Notes under the pieces: generated by a model
The model's input: only the letters and a program-made list of their open reading frames with translations
Database searches by the model: none
What the model was told of the DNA's origin: nothing
Part shown: piece after piece, positions 14,850 to 26,320 of the stretch
How positions within the stretch are numbered: the first letter of the stretch is position 1
How the letters are laid out: each line of letters starts with the position of its first letter
Assembly (NCBI GenBank): GCA_028826165.1
Contig: JAPDFW010000065.1
Location: 124,001-188,000 of the forward strand
From: Anaeramoeba ignava BMAN
Lineage: Eukaryota; Protista; Anaeramoebae
DNA: 64,000 nt
Reading direction: 5' to 3'
Program-made: the position numbers and the translations under genes

Positions 14850-16875
14850 ATAAATTAAATCAAAAATTTTAAATCAATTTCAATGAATTCAAAAAATCAA
14901 ATTAAATCAATATTTAAATTAAATTTAAATCAATATTTAAATCAATATTCAAATCAAATCAAATCAAATCAAATTAATTAAATTCAAATCAAATCAAATC
15001 AAATCAAATCAAATCAAATCAAATCCAAATCAAATCAAATTAAATTAAATTATTTAAATCAAATCAATATTTTAAATCAAATCAATTCAATATTCAAATT
15101 TCAAAAATCAAATCAATATTCAAAATCAAATCAATATTTAAAATCAATATTTAAATCAAATCAAATCAACATCCAAATCAAATCAAATAAATCAAATCAA
15201 ATCAAATTAAATCAAATCAATATTTAAATCAATATTTAAATCAATATTTAAATCAATATTTAAATCAATATTTAAATCAATATTTAAATCAATATTTAAA
15301 TCAATATTTAAATCAAATCAAATCAAATCAAATCAAATCAAAAAATCAAATCAAATCCTAAATCAATCAATTAAAATCAAATCAAAATCAAATCAATATT
15401 TCAAATCAATATTTAAATCAATATTTCAAATCAAACTCAAATCAAATCAAATCAAATCAATATTTAAATCAAATTTAAAATCAATATTTTAAATCAAAAT
15501 CAAAAATCAATATTTAAAATCAATATTTAAATCAAATCAAAAACCAATATTAAATCAAATCAAAATCAATATTTTCAAATCAAATCAAATCAAATCCAAA
15601 ATCAAAAAAAAATCAAAATCAAATCAAAAATCAAATCAAATTCAAATCAAAAATTCAAATCAAATTTAAATCAAATCAAATTCAAAATCAAAATTTAAAT
15701 CAAATTCAAATTCAAATCAAATTCAAATCAAATCAAAATCAAAAATTCAAATCAAAAAAATCAAATCAAATCAATATTTAAATCAATTCAATATCAAATC
15801 AATATTTCAAATCAAACTCAAATCAAATTTCAAATCAAATCAAATCAAATCAAATTTAAATCAATCAAATTCAAATCAATATTTCAAATCAAATCAAATC
15901 AAATCAAATCAAATCAAATTCAAATCAAATCAAATCAATATTTAAATCAATATTTTAAATCAATATTTTAAATCAATATTTAAATCAATATTTAAATCAA
16001 ATCAATATTTAAATCAATATTTAAATCAATATTTAAATCAATATTTAAATCAATATTTAAATCAAATCAAATCAATATTTAAATCAATATTTTAAATCAA
16101 TATTTAAATCAATATTTAAATCAATATTTAAATCAATATTTTAAATCAATATTTAAATCAATATTTAAATCAATATTTAAATCAATATTTAAATCAATAT
16201 TTAAATCAATATTTAAATCAATATTTTAAATCAATATTTAAATCAATATTTAAATCAATATTTAAATCAATATTTAAATCAATATTTAAATCAAATCAAA
16301 TCAAATCAATAATCAAATCAAATCAAATCAAATCAAATCAAATCAAATCAATATTCAAATCAATATTCAAATCAAATCAAATCAATATTTAAATACAATA
16401 TTCAATATTTAAATCAATATTTAATTCAATATTCAAATCAATATTCAAATCAAATCAATATTTAATATTTAAATCAATATTTAAATCAATATTTAAATCA
16501 ATATTTAAATCAAATCAATATTTAATATTTAAATCAATATTTAAATCAATATTTAAATCAATATTTAAATCAATATTTTAAATCAATATTTAAATCAATA
16601 TTTAAATCAATATTTAAATCAATATTTAAATCAATATTTAAATCAATATTTAAATCAATATTTAAATCAATATTTAAATCAATATTTAAATCAATATTTA
16701 AATCAATTCAATTCAAATCAAATCAAATCAATATTTAAATCAAATCAATATTTAAATCAAATCAAATCAAATCAAATCAAATCAATATTTAAATCAATAT
16801 TTAAATCAATTCAATTCAATTCAATATTCAAATCAAATCAATATTTAATATTTAAATCAATATTTAAATCAATAT
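14850..16875. repeat. ~2 kb compound satellite (AAATC)n / (AAATCAATATTT)n
   Basis: Alternating 5-mer and 12-mer tracts, intergenic. Confidence 0.95.
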
Positions 16876-17003
16876 TAAATATGAAAATCCAAAAATTGTA
16901 AAAAGGAAAAATTGAAAAAAAAAAAAACAAAATAAATGAAGATCTTTCAAATTCTCAAAATTTTTTTTTTCATTTTTCTTTTTACAATTTTTTTATTTGT
17001 TAA

Positions 17004-17708
17004 ATGTCTGTTAATAATCAATATATTGAAAATTTACAAAATCAATTAAAACAATTAGGATGTTATGTTGAATCTGAATGGATCACATTGAAATTAAATC
17101 AAATAATAATACAAAAAACAAGAACAATATTAAATGAAGAAGAAGAAATATTAAAATTAATAATATCAGAATTTTTAGACACGGATTTAAAAAAAATAGG
17201 GACAGGATGTTTGCCAGCAAATATATCAACAATGCACAAGCAAACAATAGAAAATAAATGTATTGTTCAAGTTGAAGAAATGATAAATTTTGGAGAACCT
17301 CATGAAAAAAGAATGAAAGAATCTAAATTGAGAATGTTTAAATTTTGGTTAACAGATGGAAAACAAGATGTTTATGCAATGGAATATAGAAAAATTAATG
17401 ATTTTTTAATTGATGATAATTTTAAAAGGCCTGGAATGAAAATTGTTATTCAAAATGTTTTTGTTAGAAGAGGTTTGTTGTTATTATCTCCTGAAAATGT
17501 ATCTGTTTTGGGTGGTTGTGTTCCAGAAATGCTCAAAGAAAGAAATGAAGAATTGAATCAAAATCCAAATCAAAATCCAAATCAAAATCCAAATCAAAAT
17601 CCAAATCAAAATCCAAATCAAAATTCAAATCAAAATCAAAATCAAAATCAAAATCAAAATCAAAATCAAAATCAAAATCAAAATCAAAATCAAAATCAAA
17701 AAAATTAA
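17004..17708 (+). CDS. RMI1: RMI1-like protein (N-terminal helical region and OB fold only) with (NQ)n tail
   Basis: FLDTDL..GCLP, VQVEEMINFG, RMFKFWLTDG..AMEYRKI..PGMKI..VRRGLLLLSPENVSVLGG match the RMI1_N OB fold, which TDRD3 also has. Confidence 0.75.
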   Translation: MSVNNQYIENLQNQLKQLGCYVESEWITLKLNQIIIQKTRTILNEEEEILKLIISEFLDTDLKKIGTGCLPANISTMHKQTIENKCIVQVEEMINFGEPHEKRMKESKLRMFKFWLTDGKQDVYAMEYRKINDFLIDDNFKRPGMKIVIQNVFVRRGLLLLSPENVSVLGGCVPEMLKERNEELNQNPNQNPNQNPNQNPNQNPNQNSNQNQNQNQNQNQNQNQNQNQNQNQKN

Positions 17709-18135
17709 ATTCAAAATCAAAATCAAAATCAAAATAATTCAAATCAAAATTAAATTTAAATCAAAATCAAAATCAAAATCAAAATCAAAATAATTCAAAT
17801 CAAAATTAAATTTAAAAAATATTTATTATTTAATCCAAAAAAATTAATCAAAAAAATTGTAAATAAATTCCCCTTTTTTTTAAATCAATTTCTTTCTTCT
17901 TTTTATTAATAAATCTTTAGAAAATCAATTTTTTTTTAAATTGTTATTTTCTTTTGTTTTTAATTAACGTTCTTCTTATCTTAAAAAAAAAAAAGAAAGA
18001 AAAAATGCAAAAAAAATTTTTTTTCCTTTTCAATTCATTTTTTCATTTTTTTTCTTTTTTTCTTTTTTAATTTAAATCATAAATTTATTTGCTTTATAAA
18101 ATAAACTAAAAAAAATTACTTATCTATTGAGGAAA

Positions 18136-19870
18136 ATGAACAAATTAATTCCAGAAGAAGAAGAAGAAGAAAAACAAACTTTAATCACAAAAACTCCATT
18201 AAAAAAACAACTTTTTGTTGATCCTGAACTTAAAATTTTTGGTAAAATTGTTAGTAGAAAATTTTATCTTTATTTTTGGCAATTTTTATGGTAAAATATT
18301 TGAAATAAAATTTTAATGAAAATTTTAATTGAAAATTTTAATTAATTTTTTTTCATTTTGATTTTGAAAGGAATTTAAGTTTAGGTGCTTTTAGTTCAAC
18401 AATCCAATTCTGGGTTCCTGATTTTTATTTTTCAGATATTAATTTTGCAAATTCATTAAAAAATGCAATTGGATCTTTTGTAATTGCAATGACAGGACAA
18501 ATTGCACAAATAAAATTTCAATACACACAAACATATCTAATGTATTTAAACAAACAAACAAACAAAAAAATCCCGAAAAGAAAAAAAAATTTTTTTCCCC
18601 ACTTTTTTTTAAATTTCCCACATTTTTTTGATAATAAAAAAAACAATACTTTTCTTTTTGATAAAGGTATAACGCAATTCAGAATAGTTTTTGTAGTGTT
18701 TTCACAACATTTGGGAATGTAATTGAAGACACAGAAAAAGTTATGTACTTTGATTATTGGTGGATAAGTCCAGTGTTTTTAATTGGGAATTTGATACTGA
18801 GTTTTTTCTTCCACTATCTAGGCGTAGTTGTGGCAAATAAGTTTAAGAAAGGGGTCAAGTATTCCACTGCATTAAGCCATTTGGATGGCGAAGACTACAG
18901 AATGAATTACGAGATCGATAACTATTTAACAAAAAGCTCTTCCACAATTCAAGATATGAATTTCGAGTTCCATCCCAAATTCTCGCTTTTCCAAAACAAG
19001 GAATCTGTGTTGCCAACTGATCTCAACTCGGATTCTGATCTGAAGATGAGTGCAAATGATTTGGATTCCGAAAGTGATCACGAAAACCAATATCAAAATG
19101 ATCATTTTTTGGATCGAAAAAGAATTTTTTTGAGAAATAATCCCAAAATGGAAAAAAATGAAATTAAAATTGGGAAGGAAAAGGAAGATGAGCAAAATGC
19201 GGACAATGATTATGGAACTTTTCAACTTGGAAAGAAGAAAAAAGTGTCTTTTTATTTAAAAAGCATAGCAGGAAAAACACCACTTAATGAGCTGTCAGAA
19301 CATATTGAAAAACAATTTAGCAAGAAAATACGGCATCGGAGATTACAAACAAAAAGAAGACATCGGATAATCATCACGATAATGCTTGTTTTGAGCATGT
19401 TGAATTTCTTATTTGCACGATTCCCTGCTTATTACCCGACCAATTCCATTCACAGTGCTGGTCTTCTTGTATATTATTGCGGAATCACTTTACTTCTTAA
19501 TGTAAGTGGTGCTTTTGCAGGCAATTTTTTGACTGGTGATCTTAATAGAGTTTCGTCAGTTCAATGGGGAACTTTTCGAACCAATATTATTTCCTGTTTG
19601 TTGATTGCAACCGCTCACAATGTTTTGATTTTTAGATACTCTTTTTCTGATTCTTTTAAATTTGTTTTATTTATTAATGCTTTCATCTCAAATTTTTGTG
19701 GATCTGAATCTTCTTGGGCTGGTTTGATTGATGAAACGGTCAATCTTTTTAATGCTGATATCTCAAAAAAATTTGCTATTCGGAACTTGTTTTGGAATTT
19801 ATTTGTTTGTTTTGCTTTTTATTTGGTTTTGATTTATTTTGTGAGATTCTTATTATTTTTCACAGCTTAA
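18136..19870 (+). CDS. Divergent FEX-type fluoride exporter (two Fluc/CrcB domains); exons 18136-18290, 18371-18541, 18667-19870
   Basis: Domain 1 has NAIGSFVIA and SFCSVFTTFGNVIED. Domain 2 has WGTFRTNIISCLLIA and NFCGSESSWAGLIDETVNL. These resemble Fluc WGTLxxNxxGxFxxG and GFCGxxTTFSTFxxE. Splice phases join in frame. Confidence 0.7.
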
Positions 19871-19936
19871 TTAAATGCTTCTTTTTTTTTTCAATTTCAA
19901 AATGATCTGAAATAAATCAAATGAAAATTTTTATTT

Positions 19937-21135
19937 TTATTTCTTTTGAAAAAAATTATTTGATACAATGTATCTTAAACAAGAAAGAATAAATAAATTT
20001 TCTTCATGGATATCATTTTCTAATAGTTTTTCTCTTAATGATAGTTTTTTTTTAAAAGATTTTTTAAGAGGATAATTTCTATTATCATTTCTATTATAAT
20101 TTCTATTAACATTTCTATTACCATTTCTATTATAATTTCTATTATAATTTCTATTATCATTTTTATTATCATTTTTATTATCATTTCTATTATCATTTCT
20201 ATTATCATTTCTATTATCATTTCTATTATCATTTCTATTATTATTTCTATTACCATTTCTATTATCATTTCTATTATTATTTCTATTATTATTTCTATTA
20301 TCATTTCTATTATCATTTCTATTAACATTTCTATTATTATTTTTATTAACATTTCTATTATAATTTCTATTATCATTTCTATTATCATTTCTATTATCAT
20401 TTCTATTATCATTTCTATTATCATTTCTATTATCATTTCTATTATCATTTCTATTATCATTTCTATTATCATTTCTATTATCATTTCTATTATCATTTTT
20501 TGGAGATTTTTTTCTTTTTCTATTTCTATTTCTATTTTTGAATTGATTTTGGTTTATAAATTGATTTTGATTTTGATTTTGGTTTATAAATTGATTTTGG
20601 TTTATAAATTGATTTTGATTTTGATTTTGGTTTATAAATTGATTTTGATTTTGATTTTGATTTTGATTTTGATTTTGATTTTGATTTTGATTTTGATTTT
20701 GATTTTGGTTTATAAATTGATTTTGATTTTGATTTTGGTTTATAAATTGATTTTGATTTTGATTTTTATTTTTTGATTTTGATTTTTAAATTGATTTTGA
20801 TTTTGGTTTATAAATTGATTTTGATTTTGGTTTATAAATTGATTTTGGTTTTGATTTTGGTTTATAAATTGATTTTGGTTTATAAATCGATTTTGATTTT
20901 GATTTTGATTTTGATTTTGATTTTGATTTTGATTTTGATTTTGGTTTATAAATTGATTTTGATTTTGATTTTGATTTTGATTTTGATTTTGATTTTGATT
21001 TTGATTTTGATTTAAAAATTCAGTTAAAAAATTATTTTGATTGTTATTTTGATTAAGAAATTCAATTTCATTTTGAATTTGATTTTGAAAATCAATTTGA
21101 TTCTTTAAGAAATTTTGATTTTTATTTGAATTCAT
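19937..21135 (-). CDS. NUFIP1/Rsa1-like protein, mostly (NQ)n and (RNDN)n repeats; frame broken within the repeats
   Basis: C-terminus LSLREKLLENDIHEENLFILSCLRYIVSNNFFQKK* resembles the NUFIP1 C-terminal motif LLEMLLAPDIRHERNVILQCVRYII. ATG at 21135 has an upstream initiator-like motif. Confidence 0.6.
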
Positions 21136-21260
21136 TCTAATTTAAAAAAAAAAGAAAAAAAAAATAAAAATGAAAAAAATTTTTTAAAATTAAATTTTTT
21201 TTTTCATTTTTTTTTCTTTTAAAAACAAAACAAAACAAAACAAAAGTAACAAGAATAAAA

Positions 21261-23330
21261 ATGCCACCAAAAAAACAACAATCATTTGGAAAACAACAAA
21301 TCAAAGCATTAAGAGCCAGAGTTAAAAAACTTAAAGGGGGCAAACCAGAGAAATGCCATCTCACAGTTCATGACTTCCAATTACTTTTCAACCTTGACCA
21401 ACAAGGAGCTGAACTTCTCCATAAACTTTTTGACGAGTAATTTTTGTTTTTATTTAATTTTTTTATTAAATTTTTTTATTTAATTTTTTTATTAAATTTT
21501 TTGTTTTATTTTTTTTATTAAATTTTTTTTGTTTTATTTTTTTTTTTGCTTTTTTTTTTTGCTTTTTTTTAGGGATGGTAACGGAACTGTTGAATTTAGT
21601 GAACTTATTTCTGCTTTCACAATACTTTCTGATGATTCTGATGAAAAGAAAGCTGAATTTTTGTTTAAAACTTGGGATGCGTAAATTAATTTTAATAATT
21701 TTAATAATAAATTAATAATAAATTTAAAAATAATTTTATTAATAATTTTAATAATAATTTTAATAATAAATTTAATAATAATTTTTAATAATAATTTTAT
21801 TAATAATTTAAATAATAAATTTAATAATAATTTTAATAATAAATTTAATAATAATTTTAATAATAATTTTAATAATAAATTTTAATAATAAATTTTAATA
21901 ATAATTTTAATAATAATTTAAATAATAAATTTAATAATAAATTTAATAATAAATTTAATAATAATTTTAATAATAATTTTAATAATAATTTTATTTGTAA
22001 ATTTAATAATAATTTTAATAATAATTTTAATAATAATTTTAATAATAATTTTATTAATAATTTTAATAATAATTTTATTAATAATTTTAATAATAAATTT
22101 AATAATAAATTTAATAATAAATTAAATAATAAATTTTAATAATAATTTTATTAATAATTTTTAATAATAATTTTAATAATAATTTTAATAATAAATTAAA
22201 TAATAATTTTAATAATAATTTTTAATAATAATTTTAATAATAAATTTAATAATAATTTTAATAAATTAAATAATAATTTTAATAATAAATTTTAATAATA
22301 ATTTTAATAATAAATTAAATAATAATTTTAATAATAAATTTTAATAATAAATTTTAATAATAATTTTAATAATAAATTTAATAATAATTTTAATAATAAA
22401 TTTTAATAATAAATTTTAATAATAAATTTAATAATAAATTTAATAATAAATTTAATAATAATTTTAATAATAAATTTAATAATAAATTTAATAATAAATT
22501 TAATAATAAATTTTAATAATAAATTTAATAATAAATTTAATAATAATAAATTTTAATAATAAATTAAATAATAAATTTTAATAATAATTTTAATAATAAA
22601 TTAAATAATAAATTAAATAATAAATTGAATAATAAATTTAATAATAAATTTAATAATAATTTTAATAATAAATTTAATAATAAATTAAATAATAAATTAA
22701 ATAATAATTTTAATAATAATTTTAATAATAAATTTTAATAATAATTTTAATAATAATTTTAATAATAATTTTAATAATAAATTTTAATAATAATTTTAAT
22801 AATAATTTTAATAATAATTTTATAATAAATTTAATTATAATTTTAATAATAAATTAAATAATAATTTTAATAATAATTTTAATAATAAATTTAATAATAA
22901 ATTTAATAATAAATTTAATTATAATTTTAATAATAATTTTAATAATAATGAATAAAAAAGAGATGGAAATGGAGTTCTTGATAAAGATGAAGTCTACCAA
23001 ATGGTTTACAGTACAGTTACAGTTACAGCAGCTTTAATTGCAGCAGAATACACACAAGAAATGGGAAAACTTATTGGAGTTAAAGTTGATACACAATCAG
23101 TTGAATTCAAACAAAAATTACAGAAAGACATTTCAGCCAATATTAAACACGAAGATATTCAGAAAATAGTTGATGATTTATTTGAAGAAGTTGATAAGAA
23201 TAAAGATGGTCAAATTTCTTTGGATGAATTCGTTACTCACTGCAAAGGAACTGGAAACACTCTTGCTCCTTTTGTTGAATCAATCAAAACAGTTATTAAA
23301 CCCCAAAAAGGAGGTTGCTCAATCTTTTAA
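21261..23330 (+). CDS. Calcineurin-B/NCS-like EF-hand protein with C-terminal CaaX (CSIF), 3 exons
   Basis: EF loops DEDGNGTVEFSE, DADGNGVLDKDE and DKNKDGQISLDE. Ends KPQKGGCSIF*. Confidence 0.85.
21681..22960. repeat. 1280-nt intron composed of (TAATAATTT/TAATAAATT)n
   Basis: GT at 21681, AG at 22959-22960. The interior is almost purely A/T repeat. Confidence 0.9.
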
Positions 23331-23696
23331 TTCTTTTTAATTCTTTTTAATTCTTTTTAATTCCTTTTAATTCTTTTTAATTCCTTTTAATTCCTTTTAT
23401 TCTTTTTTTTTCTTTTCTTTTCTTTTATCAAATTTTCTTTCTCATCGAATTAAAAAAGAGCAACAAAAACAAACAAATATTTTAATTAATATTTTAATTA
23501 ATATTTTAATTATTATTTTAATTATTATTTTAATTATTATTTTAATTATTATTTTAATTATTATTTTAATTAATATTTTAATTATTATTTTAATTATTAT
23601 TTTAATTATTATTTTAATTAATATTTTAATTAATATTTTAATTATTATTTTAATTATTATTTTAATTATTATTTTAATTATTTTTTTAATTAATTT

Positions 23697-25175
23697 TTAA
23701 ATGAAATAAGTTTCAAGTTCATCAACAACCCATTTCTCAGAACCTCCTAAATAATTTGTAGCTTCATTTGTTCTATATTCAATTCCTTCAGGTAGATGAT
23801 AACTATATCCAAAATTTGATCTTCCATTCTTTAACTTAGATTTTAATTGAAAATCAGAACCAAATCCAAAAAATGGACCAAAACCTGAATAATTATACCA
23901 CATTGAATGGTTTTCTTCTCCTTTTCTAATTGGAAATTTATCCGGTTTTCTATTATTCTTATCATTTCTTAATGAAAAAATAAATGCATTTGAATCAATA
24001 ATATATCCATTTGGATTATCTTGATAACTTTCATCCCATTTTGATTTATCATTTGTAAATCCAACTTGAGTAAATCCTCCAAAAATAAAATTATCTTCTG
24101 TTTTGATAATAACTAATGTTTTCCCTTTATTATCACAAATATAATGCCAATTTTTACAAGAAAATCCATCTTTTTTTGCTGAAAATCCTTTTTTCATTTT
24201 GGAAAAGAATTCATCATCATTTATCCATTCTTTTAATTTCTCGTAATGCTCTTTTGTTTGAATAGTTCTTGATTTAAATCTTGGTTTGAAAATTAATGAA
24301 TTTTGATTTTGATTTTCTTTTTCAATAAATTGAATTAATTCTTTTTGATCATTTTCTTCATTTTGAAGTTTTTGAAATTGAATTAATTTTTCTGAAATTT
24401 GATTTGGAATTAAATCTTCTTTTAAAATATCTTCAAGTTCTTGTTTTGAAAAATCAATAAATCTGATCTTTTGGATAATATTTGAAATTTGATCTTGTAT
24501 TTTTTCTTTTTCTTCTTTTTCAAGTTTTTCATTTTCTTTGACTTGATTAACGTTTGATTTATGTTTTCCCCATTTGATTATTGATTGGAACATTTTAAAT
24601 TCATTTAAAAACATAAAATCATTTGATAAAATTGAATTTAAATGATTTTCTTCAAGTTCAAGAAAAAATGGAGTTTTGATAAATTTATTAAAATTATCTA
24701 AAATAAGTTGATAAGAAGAATCAAATAATTCATTGAAGTTCATTGATTCAGATAATTTAAGAACATCAACAATAGTTTCAAATTGTAAATTGTTTTTGAT
24801 AAAATTTAAAGAAATTTCAATTAATTCATCAATTAAATATTTTGATGAAAAAATTAAAATTTCAACTGAATTTTCTAAATTAATTTCAATTTTTCCTGAA
24901 TAAAGATAATTTAAAATTGAAGATAGAACTGAACTTGAAAAATCTTGAAGAATTAATTTATTTTCTTGATATTCTTTCATTTTTGAATGGAAAAGAGATT
25001 TAAAATAATGACTTCTTGAAGAAAGAATTGATTTATGAGTTTTAAATGAAGTTTGATTTTGTTCACAAATTATTTCAAAATCGAAATAACTTTCTTCATT
25101 TTCAGTTTGGTTTTGATTTTGAAATAAATTTTCTAAATCATTTGAAAGTTTTTCTAAATTTAAATAATTTTCCAT
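23697..25175 (-). CDS. BTB/POZ-BACK-TLDc protein (copy A, intronless)
   Basis: BTB: DFEI..FKTHKSILSSRSHYFKSLF..ILNYLYSG. BACK: EFKMFQSIIKWG..IRF. TLDc: KDGFS..DNKGKTLVIIKT..FIFGGFT..D.NAFIFSL..GPFFG..ELETY. Confidence 0.9.
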   Translation of the reverse strand: MENYLNLEKLSNDLENLFQNQNQTENEESYFDFEIICEQNQTSFKTHKSILSSRSHYFKSLFHSKMKEYQENKLILQDFSSSVLSSILNYLYSGKIEINLENSVEILIFSSKYLIDELIEISLNFIKNNLQFETIVDVLKLSESMNFNELFDSSYQLILDNFNKFIKTPFFLELEENHLNSILSNDFMFLNEFKMFQSIIKWGKHKSNVNQVKENEKLEKEEKEKIQDQISNIIQKIRFIDFSKQELEDILKEDLIPNQISEKLIQFQKLQNEENDQKELIQFIEKENQNQNSLIFKPRFKSRTIQTKEHYEKLKEWINDDEFFSKMKKGFSAKKDGFSCKNWHYICDNKGKTLVIIKTEDNFIFGGFTQVGFTNDKSKWDESYQDNPNGYIIDSNAFIFSLRNDKNNRKPDKFPIRKGEENHSMWYNYSGFGPFFGFGSDFQLKSKLKNGRSNFGYSYHLPEGIEYRTNEATNYLGGSEKWVVDELETYFI

Positions 25176-25189
25176 TTTCAATAAAATTT

Positions 25190-25910
25190 TGAAAAGAAAA
25201 AAATGAAAAAATGAAAATAAGTTTAATTTAATATTTAATTTATAAATTAATTTAAAAATATAATTTAATATTTAATTTTATTATTAAAATAATAATTTAA
25301 TGTTTTAGATTTAAATATTTTATTATTTAAATATTTAACATATAAATATAAAAAATAAGAATAGATTTAATTTAATATTTAATTTATAAATTAATTTAAA
25401 AATATAATTTAATATTTAATTTTTATTATTAAAATAATAATTTATTGTTTTAGATTTAAATATTTTATTATTTAAATATTTAACATATAAATATAAAAAT
25501 AAGAATAGATTTAATTTAATATTTAATTTATAAATCAATTTAAAAAATATAATTTAATATTTAATTTTTATTATTAAAATAATAATTTATTGTTTTTAGA
25601 TTTAAATATTTTATTATTTAAATATTTAGCATATAAATATAAAAATGAAAATAAATTTAATTTAATATTTAATTTATAAATTAATTTAAAAATATAATTT
25701 AATATTTAATTTTATTATTAAAATAATAATTTAATGTTTTAGATTTAAATATTTTATTATTTAAATATTTAACATATAAATATAAAAATAAGAATAGATT
25801 TAATTTAATATTTAATTTATAAATTAATTTAAAAATATAATTTAATATTTAATTTTATTATTAAAATAATAATTTAATGTTTTAGATTTAAATATTTTAT
25901 TATTTAAAAA
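25190..25910. repeat. Tandem array of a ~145-bp unit (~5 copies), left arm
   Basis: Anchor TGTTTTAGATTTAAATATTTTATTATT at 25301, 25446, 25591, 25735 and 25878. Confidence 0.95.
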
Positions 25911-26320
25911 TATTTTGAAAATTGATTTTTGAAATTAAAAATTTTATCTTTTTTTTTGAATTAAATTGAATTAATATTAATTTAGAAATTTGTTTTTAAA
26001 TTTAAATTTATTAATAATTTTTAAATTCCAAAAAAAAAAATTAAATTAAAAATTAAATTAAAATAATTTTCCTTTTTTTTTAATAAAAAAATTAATAAAA
26101 AATAATAATAATTTATTAATAAATTAATTTAAAATAATAAATTAAAAAGAAAATTAAATTAATTATTAATTTAAATTTATTCTCATTTTTTATATTTTTA
26201 TTTATTTTCAAAATCCACTTTTTTTTATTCATTTTTTTTTATTTAAATTTTTTTTTTCATTTTTTTCCTTTTTTTTTAAAAAACAAAAACAAAAACAAAA
26301 ACAAAAACAAAAACAACAAA

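Noticed and set aside
14850-16875. Telomeric or centromeric identity for the long satellites
   Set aside because: They are internal, heterogeneous and similar to intronic microsatellites, and nothing in the sequence supports a special chromosomal role.
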